Origin: Trueperaceae bacterium
GTDB taxonomy: Bacteria; Deinococcota; Deinococci; Deinococcales; Trueperaceae
Length of the DNA stretch: 64,000 bases
Reading direction: 5' to 3'
Assembly (NCBI GenBank): GCA_034521815.1
Contig: JAXHLW010000013.1
Coordinates: 1,248,001-1,312,000 of the forward strand
Both the position numbers and the translations under genes were made by a program. The notes under the pieces are model-generated. The model searched no databases. It saw nothing but the letters and a program-made list of their open reading frames with translations, and was not told where the DNA came from. The first letter of the stretch is position 1; each line of letters begins with the position of its first letter. Positions 10,172-19,614 of this stretch are shown here, piece after piece.

Positions 10172-11878
10172 ATCGACAAGGTCCACGGCTCCCTGTCCGG
10201 CCTGAAGAAGAACCAGATCAAGCGCCTCGGCAACCTGTACCGCCGCCGCGTGCCGCCCGAAGCCGCGACCAGCGGCGAGCTGGCGCGGGCGATCGCGACC
10301 CTCGCTCTCGAGATCAACGCTCCCGTCTCGGTCCTCGTCGACCGGCGCGGCCGCGTGGTGACGGTCGCCGTCGCCGACGCGGAAGGCACGCCCGTGCCGT
10401 CCCGCGCGGGCGAGGCCGAGTCGCGCTTGCGCGGTCTCCGCCTCGTCCACGTCCATCCGGGCGGCGGCGAGCTGTCGGGCGCCGACCTGACCACGCTGTT
10501 CCTCGGACGGCTCGACGCCGTCGTGGCGATCGAGGCGTTCGCCGGTCCGTCGGGCCCGGAGCTCGGTCCCGCCCACCTCGCGCTGGTCGCTCCACCCACC
10601 AGCGAGGAGGAGGACTGGCTGATCGACCCGCCGACCGACGTCGCCAGCCTCGAGCGGCAGGACCTGTTGGCACGGGTCCGCGCCGTCGAGGAGGAGATGG
10701 CGCGCAGCGAGCGATCGCGCGAGGTGTCGCGCTCGTCCGCCGAGCGGGCCATCCTGATCGGCCTCGACACCGGCGACACGATCGAGGCGCAGGCACGCCT
10801 GCAGGAGCTGAGCGAGCTGGTCCGCTCGGCCGGGGCGACCGTCGCCAAAGCCGAAATGCAGCAGCGCTCGCGGATGGACCGGAAGACGCTGGTCGGTCGC
10901 GGCAAGCTGAGCGAGCTCGTGTCGCTGGCGTACCACGAGGACGCCGACCTCCTCGTGTTCGACCGCGAGCTGGCCCCGGCGCAAGCGCGCGAGATCGAGC
11001 AGGCGACGCGCCTGAAGATCCTCGATCGCACCCAGGTGATTCTGGACATTTTCGCGCAGAACGCCCGGGGACGCGAGGCGCAGGTGCAAGTGGAGCTCGC
11101 GCAGCTCCACTACCAGCTTCCGCGCCTGGCCGGCCGGGGCGCCGCGTTCAGCAGGCTCGGCGGCGGCATCGGGACGCGAGGACCCGGCGAGACGAAGCTC
11201 GAGGTCGATCGGCGCCGCATCCGCGACCGGATCACCGCGCTCGAAAGCGACGTCGATCGCATCAGCCGACGGCGCGAACGGACGCGCAAGAACCGGACCG
11301 TCGCCAGCACGCCGGTCGTGGCCCTGGTGGGGTACACGAACGCCGGCAAGTCGACGCTGTTCAACGTGCTGGCCAAGTCCGACGCCTTGAGCCGCGACGC
11401 GCTGTTCGCGACGCTCCGTCCGACCTCGCGCGAGGGCTGGCTGCCCGCGTTGGGCGCCTGGGGCGGCAAGGTGGTCTACACCGACACGGTCGGCTTCATC
11501 CGCGATCTTCCCGACGAGCTCGTCGACGCGTTCCGGGCGACGCTCGAGGAGCTCGACGACGCCGACCTGCTGCTCCACGTCGTGGACGGAGCCGCTCCGG
11601 GCGCTCCCGATCGGGTGAGCGCGGTGGAACGGATCCTGGACCGTCTGGAGCTGACGCCGCCACGGCGGGTGGTGATCAACAAGGCCGACGCGATGGACGA
11701 GGCGATCCGCGACGACCTGGAGCTCCGCTACGGCGCGCGCTCGGTGTCCGCCCTCTCCGGTGTCGGCATCGACGCGCTGAAGGCGGAGCTGGCCGAGGCG
11801 CTCGAGGGCGACGACCACGTCCCGTTGCCGGACGATCCCGCCGCGGCGTGGGGCGTGGTCACCCCGAACGAGCCCTGA
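10172..11878 (+). CDS. hflX: GTPase HflX, long form, probable ATC start
   Basis: GYTNAGKST, LFATL, DTVGF, NKAD and GPGETKLE. The conserved-looking N-terminus (I)DKVHGSLSGLKKNQIKRLGNLYRRR begins at ATC 10172, just after AGGAG. Confidence 0.93.
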   Translation: MDKVHGSLSGLKKNQIKRLGNLYRRRVPPEAATSGELARAIATLALEINAPVSVLVDRRGRVVTVAVADAEGTPVPSRAGEAESRLRGLRLVHVHPGGGELSGADLTTLFLGRLDAVVAIEAFAGPSGPELGPAHLALVAPPTSEEEDWLIDPPTDVASLERQDLLARVRAVEEEMARSERSREVSRSSAERAILIGLDTGDTIEAQARLQELSELVRSAGATVAKAEMQQRSRMDRKTLVGRGKLSELVSLAYHEDADLLVFDRELAPAQAREIEQATRLKILDRTQVILDIFAQNARGREAQVQVELAQLHYQLPRLAGRGAAFSRLGGGIGTRGPGETKLEVDRRRIRDRITALESDVDRISRRRERTRKNRTVASTPVVALVGYTNAGKSTLFNVLAKSDALSRDALFATLRPTSREGWLPALGAWGGKVVYTDTVGFIRDLPDELVDAFRATLEELDDADLLLHVVDGAAPGAPDRVSAVERILDRLELTPPRRVVINKADAMDEAIRDDLELRYGARSVSALSGVGIDALKAELAEALEGDDHVPLPDDPAAAWGVVTPNEP

Positions 11879-11888
11879 GCGCGCGTAA

Positions 11889-11939
11889 TCAGGGCGCGGG
11901 CGCGCTCAGGGCGTGGGCGCGCTCAGGGCGTCGGCGCGC
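11889..11939. repeat. 17-bp tandem repeat x3 spanning the TPR gene stop
   Basis: tcagggcgcgggcgcgc / tcagggcgtgggcgcgc / tcagggcgtcggcgcgc. Confidence 0.85.
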
Positions 11940-14190
11940 CGTCGAGCGCCCACTGCGCGTACACGTCGACGAAGGTCGCCCGCACCTCCGACGTCTGCTC
12001 GGCCGCGAGGAACGCCAGGAAGTCCCGGACGTCCCGGTCGTCGCTGGTCTCGAACAGCGTAGCGCCGGAGAGTCCGGCGAAGCGACCGCTCTCGGCGGTC
12101 GGAAGCGACTCTTCCGCGGCCTCCGCCGCGGCGCGGAGCTCGTCGATCAGCCGCGTGACGACGGCGTCCTCGCGATCCGCATCGTCCGGACCGTAGAGCG
12201 GTCGCCCCGACGCGAGCGAGGTGAGCACGACGTTCCGGCCGATGAGGCGGCGCAGCGGCTCGGGCTGGCCCGCCACCTCCACCTCCCGCGCGATCTCGGC
12301 CCGCGTGTCGCCGTCGCCGGTCAGCGTCACCGTGACGAGGTACGCGCCAGGCGCGAGGTCGCTGGGCAGCTCGATGCCGGCCTCCTCGATCACGTAGCCG
12401 ATCGCGTCGGCGGGAACGTCGACCGACACCTCGTTCCGGACCAGCACGTCGCCGTCCGGGTCTTCGAGCGTCGCGGTCACCTCGAGCCGGAGCGGTAGCG
12501 CCTCGCCCGGCGTGAGGGCCTCGAACCGGAGCCCGATCGGGTCTCCGGGACGCAGCGGCGGCTCGATCCGGCCGCCGCCGAGAACGAGGTCCAGCCGGTC
12601 GCCGCCGATCTCCAGCGGTGGCGGCGGCGCGGTGAGCACGGCGAGGCGTCGCTCGGCCGCCTCGTCGTACGGCGCGCCCCAGCCGCCCAGGTCCAGGAAC
12701 GTGCGATACGCCTCGGCCGCGTCGTCGCGCCGGCCTTCCGTCTCGTACAGCCGGGCCAGGGCGTAGTGCAGCGCCGGCTCCTCGGGTCGCTCGGCGATCG
12801 CGTTCACGATGTCCGCGAGCGCCTCGTCGTCGACATCGGGGTCGGCGCTCAGGGCGCGCTCGTAGGGTGGCATCGCTTCGTCCAGACGGCCGAAGCGGGC
12901 GCGTACCAGCCCGAGGTTGTACGCCGCGATGGTCGCGCCGGGACGCAGCTCCAGGGCCCGCTCGCTGGCCTCTTCGCTCCGATCCCACAGGCCCAGCAGG
13001 TACCAGGCCCAGCCCAGGTTCGTCCAGTACAGGTCGTTGTCCGGCTGCAGATCGACGGCGACCGCCAGGGCGCGGGCCGCCGCCAGCCCGTCGTCGTCGT
13101 CGAACGCCAGGTAGCTGAGCCGCTCGAACGGCCAGGCGAACGTCGGCGTGGCCCGCGCGAGCGCCTGCAACGCCTCGCGCTCGAGGGCCGCGTCGGCCCT
13201 CACGTCGGCGAGAAGGGCCACCACCACCAGCACGGCGGGGTCGTCCGAAGCGGCGAGGGCGGCCAGCGCCTCGCTCGCTCCGGCCCGGTCCTGGGCCAGC
13301 TCGTACGAGGCCAGCGCCGCGGCACCGTACGGATAGCCGCTCGCGGCTCGTGCGTAGGCGTCGTCGGCACGCGCCAGGTCTCCCCCGTCGGCCGCGACGG
13401 CGCCGATCCAGGCGTCGGCGGCGGGCACGCCCGCCCCGGCCAGCCCGGCGAGGTACGCCATCGTCCGCTCGCCGTCCTCCAGGACGGTCAGCGCCAGCGT
13501 GGCCGCCAAGGCGGGCCGACCCGGTACCGGGCGTCCGGCTCGCACGTCGTCCAGCACGGACGCGAGCTCGCGGAGCCGCGGCGAGACCGTGCCGGCGTCC
13601 TCGGCGCGCTCGACCAGCGCGTCCACCTCGTCCGCGAAGCCTCCGGCCAGGAGCGTGACGGCGCGGCCCAGGGCATCGTCGGCACCGGCCATGTCGATCG
13701 GCGCCGGCGGCGGGGGCGGGCGCAGATCGAGTCGCGCGCTCAACAGCGCCGCGGCCCGCCTGGCCAGCTCGGCGGGATCGTCCTCGGGGGCACGGAGCGT
13801 GGTGCTCACCGTCGTGCCGTCGGCCGCGGCCGCCACCAGGTCGAGACGCAACCCGCCTGCGTCGGTCACGACACGGCCCGACACGGCCATGTCGACGCCG
13901 GTGCCGGCGCGTAGCAGCATGGCGCCGTGCAGGCGCGCCATGCCACCGTCCTCGACCAGGGCCAGCGGCCCGACGTAGCCGTCGGCGTAGGAGAACGGCG
14001 GAACCAGCGCGGGGGCCGCGGCCGGTCCGACGACCAGGTCCGCGTCGCGCTCGAGCGCCTCGGCGATCCGGTCCGCGACGACGGCGCCGAGGACCGTCCC
14101 CTCGCCGAGGAACGGGTGGACGACCACCGTCTGGGCTTGGGCAGCCCCAGCGAGCGCGAGGGCAATGAGAACAGTCCTGAGCAGGCGCAT
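11923..14190 (-). CDS. exported tetratricopeptide-repeat protein
   Basis: Signal peptide MRLLRTVLIALALAGAAQA after a GGAGG RBS; TPR motifs YWTNLGWAWYLLG and AYNLGLVRARFG. Confidence 0.8.
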   Translation of the reverse strand: MRLLRTVLIALALAGAAQAQTVVVHPFLGEGTVLGAVVADRIAEALERDADLVVGPAAAPALVPPFSYADGYVGPLALVEDGGMARLHGAMLLRAGTGVDMAVSGRVVTDAGGLRLDLVAAAADGTTVSTTLRAPEDDPAELARRAAALLSARLDLRPPPPPAPIDMAGADDALGRAVTLLAGGFADEVDALVERAEDAGTVSPRLRELASVLDDVRAGRPVPGRPALAATLALTVLEDGERTMAYLAGLAGAGVPAADAWIGAVAADGGDLARADDAYARAASGYPYGAAALASYELAQDRAGASEALAALAASDDPAVLVVVALLADVRADAALEREALQALARATPTFAWPFERLSYLAFDDDDGLAAARALAVAVDLQPDNDLYWTNLGWAWYLLGLWDRSEEASERALELRPGATIAAYNLGLVRARFGRLDEAMPPYERALSADPDVDDEALADIVNAIAERPEEPALHYALARLYETEGRRDDAAEAYRTFLDLGGWGAPYDEAAERRLAVLTAPPPPLEIGGDRLDLVLGGGRIEPPLRPGDPIGLRFEALTPGEALPLRLEVTATLEDPDGDVLVRNEVSVDVPADAIGYVIEEAGIELPSDLAPGAYLVTVTLTGDGDTRAEIAREVEVAGQPEPLRRLIGRNVVLTSLASGRPLYGPDDADREDAVVTRLIDELRAAAEAAEESLPTAESGRFAGLSGATLFETSDDRDVRDFLAFLAAEQTSEVRATFVDVYAQWALDGAPTP

Positions 14191-14270
14191 GAAAACCTCC
14201 GTCTGGGACGCTAGCACGGCTCGGATGAGGACTCTGGGCTCCCGAGCGGAGTCGCCCGGGAAGCGCCCGC

Positions 14271-14729
14271 TCAGGCCAGCAGGTCCTCGAAATCGTCCAT
14301 CATCCGTTGGGCCGCCTCGACGCTCCTGCAGATCACCAGGATCGTGTTCTGTCCCGCGAGGGTGCCGACCACCTCGTCGCGATCGAGCTTGTCGATCACG
14401 TAGGCGATTCCGCTGGCGTGCCCCTCGTCGGTGTCGATCACCAGCAGGTTGTCGCCGCGATCGAGATCGCGCACGAACAGACGGAACCGCTGCGCCAGCT
14501 CGCCGACCACGTCCTCCTGGGCGGCGAGCGGCGTGGACCTGTAGCGGTGCTGACCGTTCCCGGCGGGCAACCGGACCAGACGTAGCTCGTTCACGTCGCG
14601 GCTGATGGTGGCTTGCGTGACCTTGATGCCTCGCTTGGCGAGGTGCTCGGCGATCTCGGCTTGGGTCGAGATGAACTCGTTCTCGACGAGCTCCTCGATC
14701 AGCCGCTGACGGTACTCTTTACTCGGCAT
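14271..14729 (-). CDS. argR: arginine repressor
   Basis: TQAEIAEHL..GIKVTQATISRD and VVGTLAGQNTIL. Confidence 0.93.
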   Translation of the reverse strand: MPSKEYRQRLIEELVENEFISTQAEIAEHLAKRGIKVTQATISRDVNELRLVRLPAGNGQHRYRSTPLAAQEDVVGELAQRFRLFVRDLDRGDNLLVIDTDEGHASGIAYVIDKLDRDEVVGTLAGQNTILVICRSVEAAQRMMDDFEDLLA

Positions 14730-14741
14730 ATTTATACGGTA
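14725..14741 (-). promoter_or_regulatory. ARG-box-like operator overlapping the argR start codon and a putative leaderless -10
   Basis: The minus strand reads TACCGTATAAATATGCC. CGTATAAATATGCC fits the nGnAT-N4-ATnCn core, and it is a conspicuously AT-rich patch. Confidence 0.55.
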
Positions 14742-14788
14742 TACGTCGGTGTACGATCGCGCCAGGGCTTGAGACACGAAACGATCGG

Positions 14789-15964
14789 TCAGCCGCTCAG
14801 CTCGCGCACGGCCCGGTCCAGGATCCGCTCCGCCGTCTCCCGCTTCGTCAGGCGCGGCAGCGCGTCGGACGTCCCGTCCGGCCGCACCAGCGTGACCTCG
14901 TTCAGGTCGCCGCCGAAGCCGCTCCCCTCCCGCCGCGGGTAGTTCAGCGCGATGAACGCCAGGCTCTTGCGCCGCGCCTTGTCGGCGGCCCGCTCGACGC
15001 CCTGATCGGTCTCCATCGCGAAGCCCACCATCGTCTGCCGCGTCCGTCGCCTGGCCAGCGTCGCCAGCACGTCCGGGGTCCGCACCAGCTCCAGCGAGGA
15101 GGCCTCGCCCACCTTCGGCACCTTCTGCTCCGCCGGCTCGGCGGGACGCCAGTCCGCGACCGCCGCGCTCATCACCAGCAGGTCGCACGCGTCGAACGGG
15201 GCGACGACCGCGTCGGCCATCTCCTGCGCCGTCTCGACCGCGATGGCGCGCACCCCGTGCGGCACAGCGACCGCCATCGGACCGTGCACCAGGGTGACGT
15301 GCGCGCCCCGGTCGCGCGCGGCCTCGGCCACGGCGACGCCCATGCGGCCCGAGGAGGGATTGCTCAGGAACCGCACCGGATCGAGCCACTCCCGCGTCGG
15401 CCCCGCCGTCACCAGCACCCGCCGACCGACCAGGTCGCGTGGCCTGGCGTCGCGCATCACCGCCGCCACCAGCGAGGCCTCGTCCGGCAGCCGTCCGACA
15501 CCGGATCCCTCGTCCACCGACCCGAGGCGCCCGGACGCCGGCACGAGCACCTCGCGCCCGTCGTCGCGAAGCCGCTCGACGTTGCGGCGTACGGCCGGTG
15601 CGTTCCACATCGCCGCGTTCATCGCCGGCGCGTACAGCACGCGCTCGACCGAGAGGGCCAGCGCAGAGACAGGATCGTCGGCGCGTCCCGCCGCCGCCGC
15701 GGCCAGCGCGTCGGCGCTCGCAGGCGCGACGAGCATCGCGTCCGCCCAGCGCGCCCAGCTGAGATGACGCGCCTCGCCGTCGGCACGGAACCAGGCGCGC
15801 CGATCCAGGATCTCGCTTCCCGACGCCGTGGCCAGGGCCAGCGGCGTGACGAACAGGTGCGCGGCGCGGCTCACCGCGACGCGCACCTCCGCACCCGCCT
15901 CGTGCAGGCGACGGATCAGCAGCGGCGCCTTGATCGCCGCCACGCCGCCCGTCACCCCCACCAC
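14789..15964 (-). CDS. coaBC: bifunctional phosphopantothenoylcysteine decarboxylase/synthase
   Basis: GVTGGVAAIK, APAMN, VTAGPTRE.LDPVRFLSNPSSG and VGFAMET. The exact start is uncertain. Confidence 0.93.
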   Translation of the reverse strand: MVGVTGGVAAIKAPLLIRRLHEAGAEVRVAVSRAAHLFVTPLALATASGSEILDRRAWFRADGEARHLSWARWADAMLVAPASADALAAAAAGRADDPVSALALSVERVLYAPAMNAAMWNAPAVRRNVERLRDDGREVLVPASGRLGSVDEGSGVGRLPDEASLVAAVMRDARPRDLVGRRVLVTAGPTREWLDPVRFLSNPSSGRMGVAVAEAARDRGAHVTLVHGPMAVAVPHGVRAIAVETAQEMADAVVAPFDACDLLVMSAAVADWRPAEPAEQKVPKVGEASSLELVRTPDVLATLARRRTRQTMVGFAMETDQGVERAADKARRKSLAFIALNYPRREGSGFGGDLNEVTLVRPDGTSDALPRLTKRETAERILDRAVRELSG

Positions 15965-16001
15965 GACGTGGCGGGAGGCGGCCGAAGCCGAGCTCGTCGA
16001 A

Positions 16002-16280
16002 TCAGAGCTCGTCGGTACGCTCCTCGCGTCGCTGCCGTGCCCGAGCTTCGCGCAGCGATACGTCGGTAGGAAGGTCCTCGCCCCAGACGATGTCCTTGCC
16101 GGTACGGAGCTCCTCCATCGCGACGGAGACGGTGTTGGACTTCGCTTCGGGCATCTCGTCGGCCGACAGCAGCGACGGAACGCCGCTCTTGAGCTGCGCG
16201 GCGCGACGGGCGACCACGATCGAGAGGCGGTAGCGGGAATCGGTCAGAGACAACAGTCGGTCGTAGCCTTTCTGAGCCAT
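16002..16280 (-). CDS. rpoZ: RNA polymerase omega subunit
   Basis: MAQKGYDRLLSLTDSRYRLSIVVARRAAQL; AGGAGG RBS; gmk-rpoZ-coaBC synteny. Confidence 0.92.
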   Translation of the reverse strand: MAQKGYDRLLSLTDSRYRLSIVVARRAAQLKSGVPSLLSADEMPEAKSNTVSVAMEELRTGKDIVWGEDLPTDVSLREARARQRREERTDEL

Positions 16281-16448
16281 CGGTCCTCCTAAGCGGGAAA
16301 CGGGGCCGGCCCGGGCGACGACGCGCATCGTGCGCGTCCGCCGGCGGCGCCCCGCGCCTCGTCCGTCGACTCTACCTCAGCGGTCCGACCCCAGCCGTCC
16401 TACGGACGCCGTGCCCAGCGACGGTCGCGGACGCGGCGCGGCGCGGCG

Positions 16449-17111
16449 TCACGACTCGCGCAGGAAGGCGCGCACCTCGTCGTCGCGGAGCCGCGCAGCG
16501 CGCACCCGCTCGGCGCGCACGATCGCCTGGAAGTGCTGGACCGCCTGCCCGAGCTCGTCGTTCACCACCGCGTAGTCGAACTCGCGCACCGCGCGGATCT
16601 CGTCGCGGGCCCGGGCCAGCCGCTTCTGGATCTTGGCCTCGTCGTCGGTGCCACGACCGCGCAGACGGCGCTCGAGCTCGGCCAGAGAGGGCGGCGCGAT
16701 GAAGATCATCACCGCCTCCGGCAGCGCGCGCCTGAGCTGGCGCGCACCGGCCAGCTCGAGCTCCAGCAGCACGTCGCGACCCGCCTCCAGGGCGGCTTCG
16801 ACCGGGGCGCGCGGCGTGCCGTAGTAGTCGCCGACGTACTCGGCCCACTCGAGCAGGCCGTCGTCCCGGATCATCGTCTCGAACGGCTCGGTGTCCAAGA
16901 AGTAGTACTGAACGCCGTGCTGCTCGCCGGGCCGTTGGGCCCGCGTGGTCGCCGAGACCGAGTAGAACAGCTCGCCCAGCGCCGGCACCGCCTCGCGCCG
17001 GATCGTGTCCTTGCCGACGCCCGAGGCGCCCGTCATCACGAACGGGATTCCCCGCCGGCCGACGGCGGCCCCGGACGGGCCGGGGGATGCCGGGTGCTCT
17101 CCTCGCTTCAC
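16449..17111 (-). CDS. gmk: guanylate kinase
   Basis: GASGVGKDT, SATTRAQRPGE and YYGTP. Probable GTG start at 17111, 7 nt after TACCTT. Confidence 0.95.
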   Translation of the reverse strand: MKRGEHPASPGPSGAAVGRRGIPFVMTGASGVGKDTIRREAVPALGELFYSVSATTRAQRPGEQHGVQYYFLDTEPFETMIRDDGLLEWAEYVGDYYGTPRAPVEAALEAGRDVLLELELAGARQLRRALPEAVMIFIAPPSLAELERRLRGRGTDDEAKIQKRLARARDEIRAVREFDYAVVNDELGQAVQHFQAIVRAERVRAARLRDDEVRAFLRES

Positions 17112-17242
17112 GCGGGGCAAGGTACCACGGGGGCGAGGCGACGGCGGAGGCGCGCACGGAGCGGGCGCACGGAGCGGTGCCGGCGCCCCCGCTGCCGCTT
17201 AGGCGGCGGGTGGTAGCATGCGGTCCCGGAGAAGGTGAGGGC

Positions 17243-18940
17243 ATGGTGACCAAGTACATCTTCATCACGGGCGGGGTGGTTTCGAGCCTGGGCAAAGGCA
17301 TCTCCACCTCGAGTCTCGGAGCGCTGCTGCGTGCGCGGGGGTACCGCGTCACGGCCGTCAAGATCGACCCCTACATCAACGTCGACGCCGGCACGATGCG
17401 GCCGTACGAGCACGGCGAGGTGTTCGTGACCGACGACGGCGCCGAGACCGACCTGGACATCGGGACGTACGAACGCTTCCTGGACACCGACCTCGGACGC
17501 GGCAACAACGTCACGACCGGCCAGGTGTACCAGACCGTGATCGACCGGGAGCGGCGAGGCGAGTACCTGTCGCAGACCGTCCAGGTCATCCCCCACGTGA
17601 CCGACGAGATCAAGAAGCGGATCCGCGCCGCCGGCGAGGAGGCCGGCGCCGAGCTGGTGCTGGTCGAGGTGGGCGGGACCGTCGGCGACATCGAGTCGCT
17701 CCCGTTCCTCGAAGCGATCCGCCAGATGCGGTTCGAGGAAGGCCGCGACCAGACCCTCTACCTGCACGTCACCCTGCTCCCCTACCTGGGCACCAGCGAG
17801 GAGTTCAAGACCAAGCCGACGCAGCACTCCGTCGCCACCCTCCGCGGCGTGGGCATCCAGCCCGACGCCCTGATCGTCCGTAGCGAGCGGCCCGTCCCGG
17901 ACGAGGCGCGCCGCAAGATCGCGCTGTTCTCGAACGTCGAGGCCCGCGACGTGTTCAACGCCTACAACGCGGACCACGTCTACGCCGTTCCCGAGATGCT
18001 CGAGCAACAGGGCATCGGCCGCTTCACCGAGCGCCTCCTGGGCCTCGACAAGGTGCTGCCCGAGCTCCACGTCTGGCAAGAAGCGGTCCGGGTGCTTCGC
18101 AAGCCCGCCGGCCGGGCGCGCATCGCGGTCGTCGGCAAGTACACCGCGATGCCGGACGCCTACCTCTCGCTCAACGAGGCGCTCAAGCACGCCGGCATCG
18201 CGAACGACGTGTCGGTGGACGTCGAGTGGGTCTCTGCCGAGGAGGTCGCCGAAGGCGATCTGGGGTTCCTGGAGACGTACGACGGCATCCTCGTTCCCGG
18301 TGGGTTCGGCGTGCGCGGCATCGAAGGCAAGGTCCGGGCGGCCCGGATCGCCCGCGAGAGGAACGTGCCCTACCTGGGCATCTGCCTGGGCATGCAGATC
18401 GCGGTGATCGAGTTCGCCCGCAACGTCGCGGGACTGGGCCACGCCAACTCGACCGAGTTCGATCCGTACACGCCCCATCCGGTGATCGACCTCATGCCCG
18501 AGCAGCTCGACGTCGAGGGCCTGGGCGGAACGATGCGGCTGGGAAGCTGGCCGATGCGCATCGAGCCCGGGACGGTGCTCGAGTCGCTCTACCGCCCCGG
18601 CGCGGGTCGCATGGTGCGCGAGCGGCACCGGCACCGCTACGAGGTCGCGCCAGGCTACGTGGACCGCCTGGTCGAGGCCGGCATGGTCGTCTCGGGCGTG
18701 ACGCCGGGGATGGAAGGCCGCGGTGCGGGCCTCGTCGAGGCGATCGAGCTCGCCGGACACCCGTACTTCGTGGGCCTGCAGTCCCATCCCGAGTTCACCT
18801 CGCGGCTGATGCGGCCCAGTCCTCCCTTCCGAGGGTTCATCGCCGCCGCGACGCGCCGCGCCGAGGCGGCCGGCTCCAGCGGCGACGCGTCCCCGGTCGA
18901 CCCGCCCGACCCGGGGACGGCGACGCCCGAACGACCGTGA
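17243..18940 (+). CDS. pyrG: CTP synthase
   Basis: TKYIFITGGVVSSLGKG, GICLGMQ, RHRHRYE and QSHPEF. Confidence 0.97.
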   Translation: MVTKYIFITGGVVSSLGKGISTSSLGALLRARGYRVTAVKIDPYINVDAGTMRPYEHGEVFVTDDGAETDLDIGTYERFLDTDLGRGNNVTTGQVYQTVIDRERRGEYLSQTVQVIPHVTDEIKKRIRAAGEEAGAELVLVEVGGTVGDIESLPFLEAIRQMRFEEGRDQTLYLHVTLLPYLGTSEEFKTKPTQHSVATLRGVGIQPDALIVRSERPVPDEARRKIALFSNVEARDVFNAYNADHVYAVPEMLEQQGIGRFTERLLGLDKVLPELHVWQEAVRVLRKPAGRARIAVVGKYTAMPDAYLSLNEALKHAGIANDVSVDVEWVSAEEVAEGDLGFLETYDGILVPGGFGVRGIEGKVRAARIARERNVPYLGICLGMQIAVIEFARNVAGLGHANSTEFDPYTPHPVIDLMPEQLDVEGLGGTMRLGSWPMRIEPGTVLESLYRPGAGRMVRERHRHRYEVAPGYVDRLVEAGMVVSGVTPGMEGRGAGLVEAIELAGHPYFVGLQSHPEFTSRLMRPSPPFRGFIAAATRRAEAAGSSGDASPVDPPDPGTATPERP

Positions 18941-19614
18941 GCGACGGGGCTCCGGCCGGCGGGCCGTTGGTGATCGGACTGGCCGGCGGGACCGGATCGG
19001 GCAAGACCACGGTGGCCGAGGCGATCGTGCGGGCCGCAGCCGGCCGGGTGGCGATCGTTCCCCAAGACGCGTACTACCGATCGCAGCCCGACCTGCCGTT
19101 CGAGGCACGGGCGCTGACGAACTACGACGAGCCCAGCGCGTTCGATACCGAGCTCCTCGTCGCGCACATCGACGCGCTCTGCGACGGTCTCCCCGTCGAG
19201 CGGCCGGTGTACGACTTCGAGCGCCACGAGCGCTCGAGCGAGACGATCCGCGTCGAGCCGCGTGCCGTGCTGGTGGTCGAGGGGATCCTGGTGCTCCACG
19301 AGCCGGCGCTACGCGAGCGCATGACGCTCAAGGTGTTCGTCGACGCCCCGCCCGACGAGCGCTTCATCCGGCGCCTCGAGCGCGACGTCGCCGAGCGCGG
19401 CCGCAGCGCGGCCAGCGTGATCGCGCAGTATCGGCGCACCGTCAAGCCGATGCACGACCTGTTCGTCGAGCCCACCAAGCAGCACGCCGATCTCATCGTG
19501 CCCGAAGGGGGCCGAAACCACGTCGCGCTGGCGGTGATCGCGAGCTTCGTCGAGCGCACGGTCCGCGCTCCGGGCGGCGCCTCGGAGACGTCCACGGGCG
19601 GCTCTCGTGCCTGA
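18937..19614 (+). CDS. udk: uridine kinase
   Basis: IGLAGGTGSGKTT, QDAYY, VEGIL and RRLERDVAERGR. GTGA overlap with pyrG. Confidence 0.93.
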   Translation: MSDGAPAGGPLVIGLAGGTGSGKTTVAEAIVRAAAGRVAIVPQDAYYRSQPDLPFEARALTNYDEPSAFDTELLVAHIDALCDGLPVERPVYDFERHERSSETIRVEPRAVLVVEGILVLHEPALRERMTLKVFVDAPPDERFIRRLERDVAERGRSAASVIAQYRRTVKPMHDLFVEPTKQHADLIVPEGGRNHVALAVIASFVERTVRAPGGASETSTGGSRA

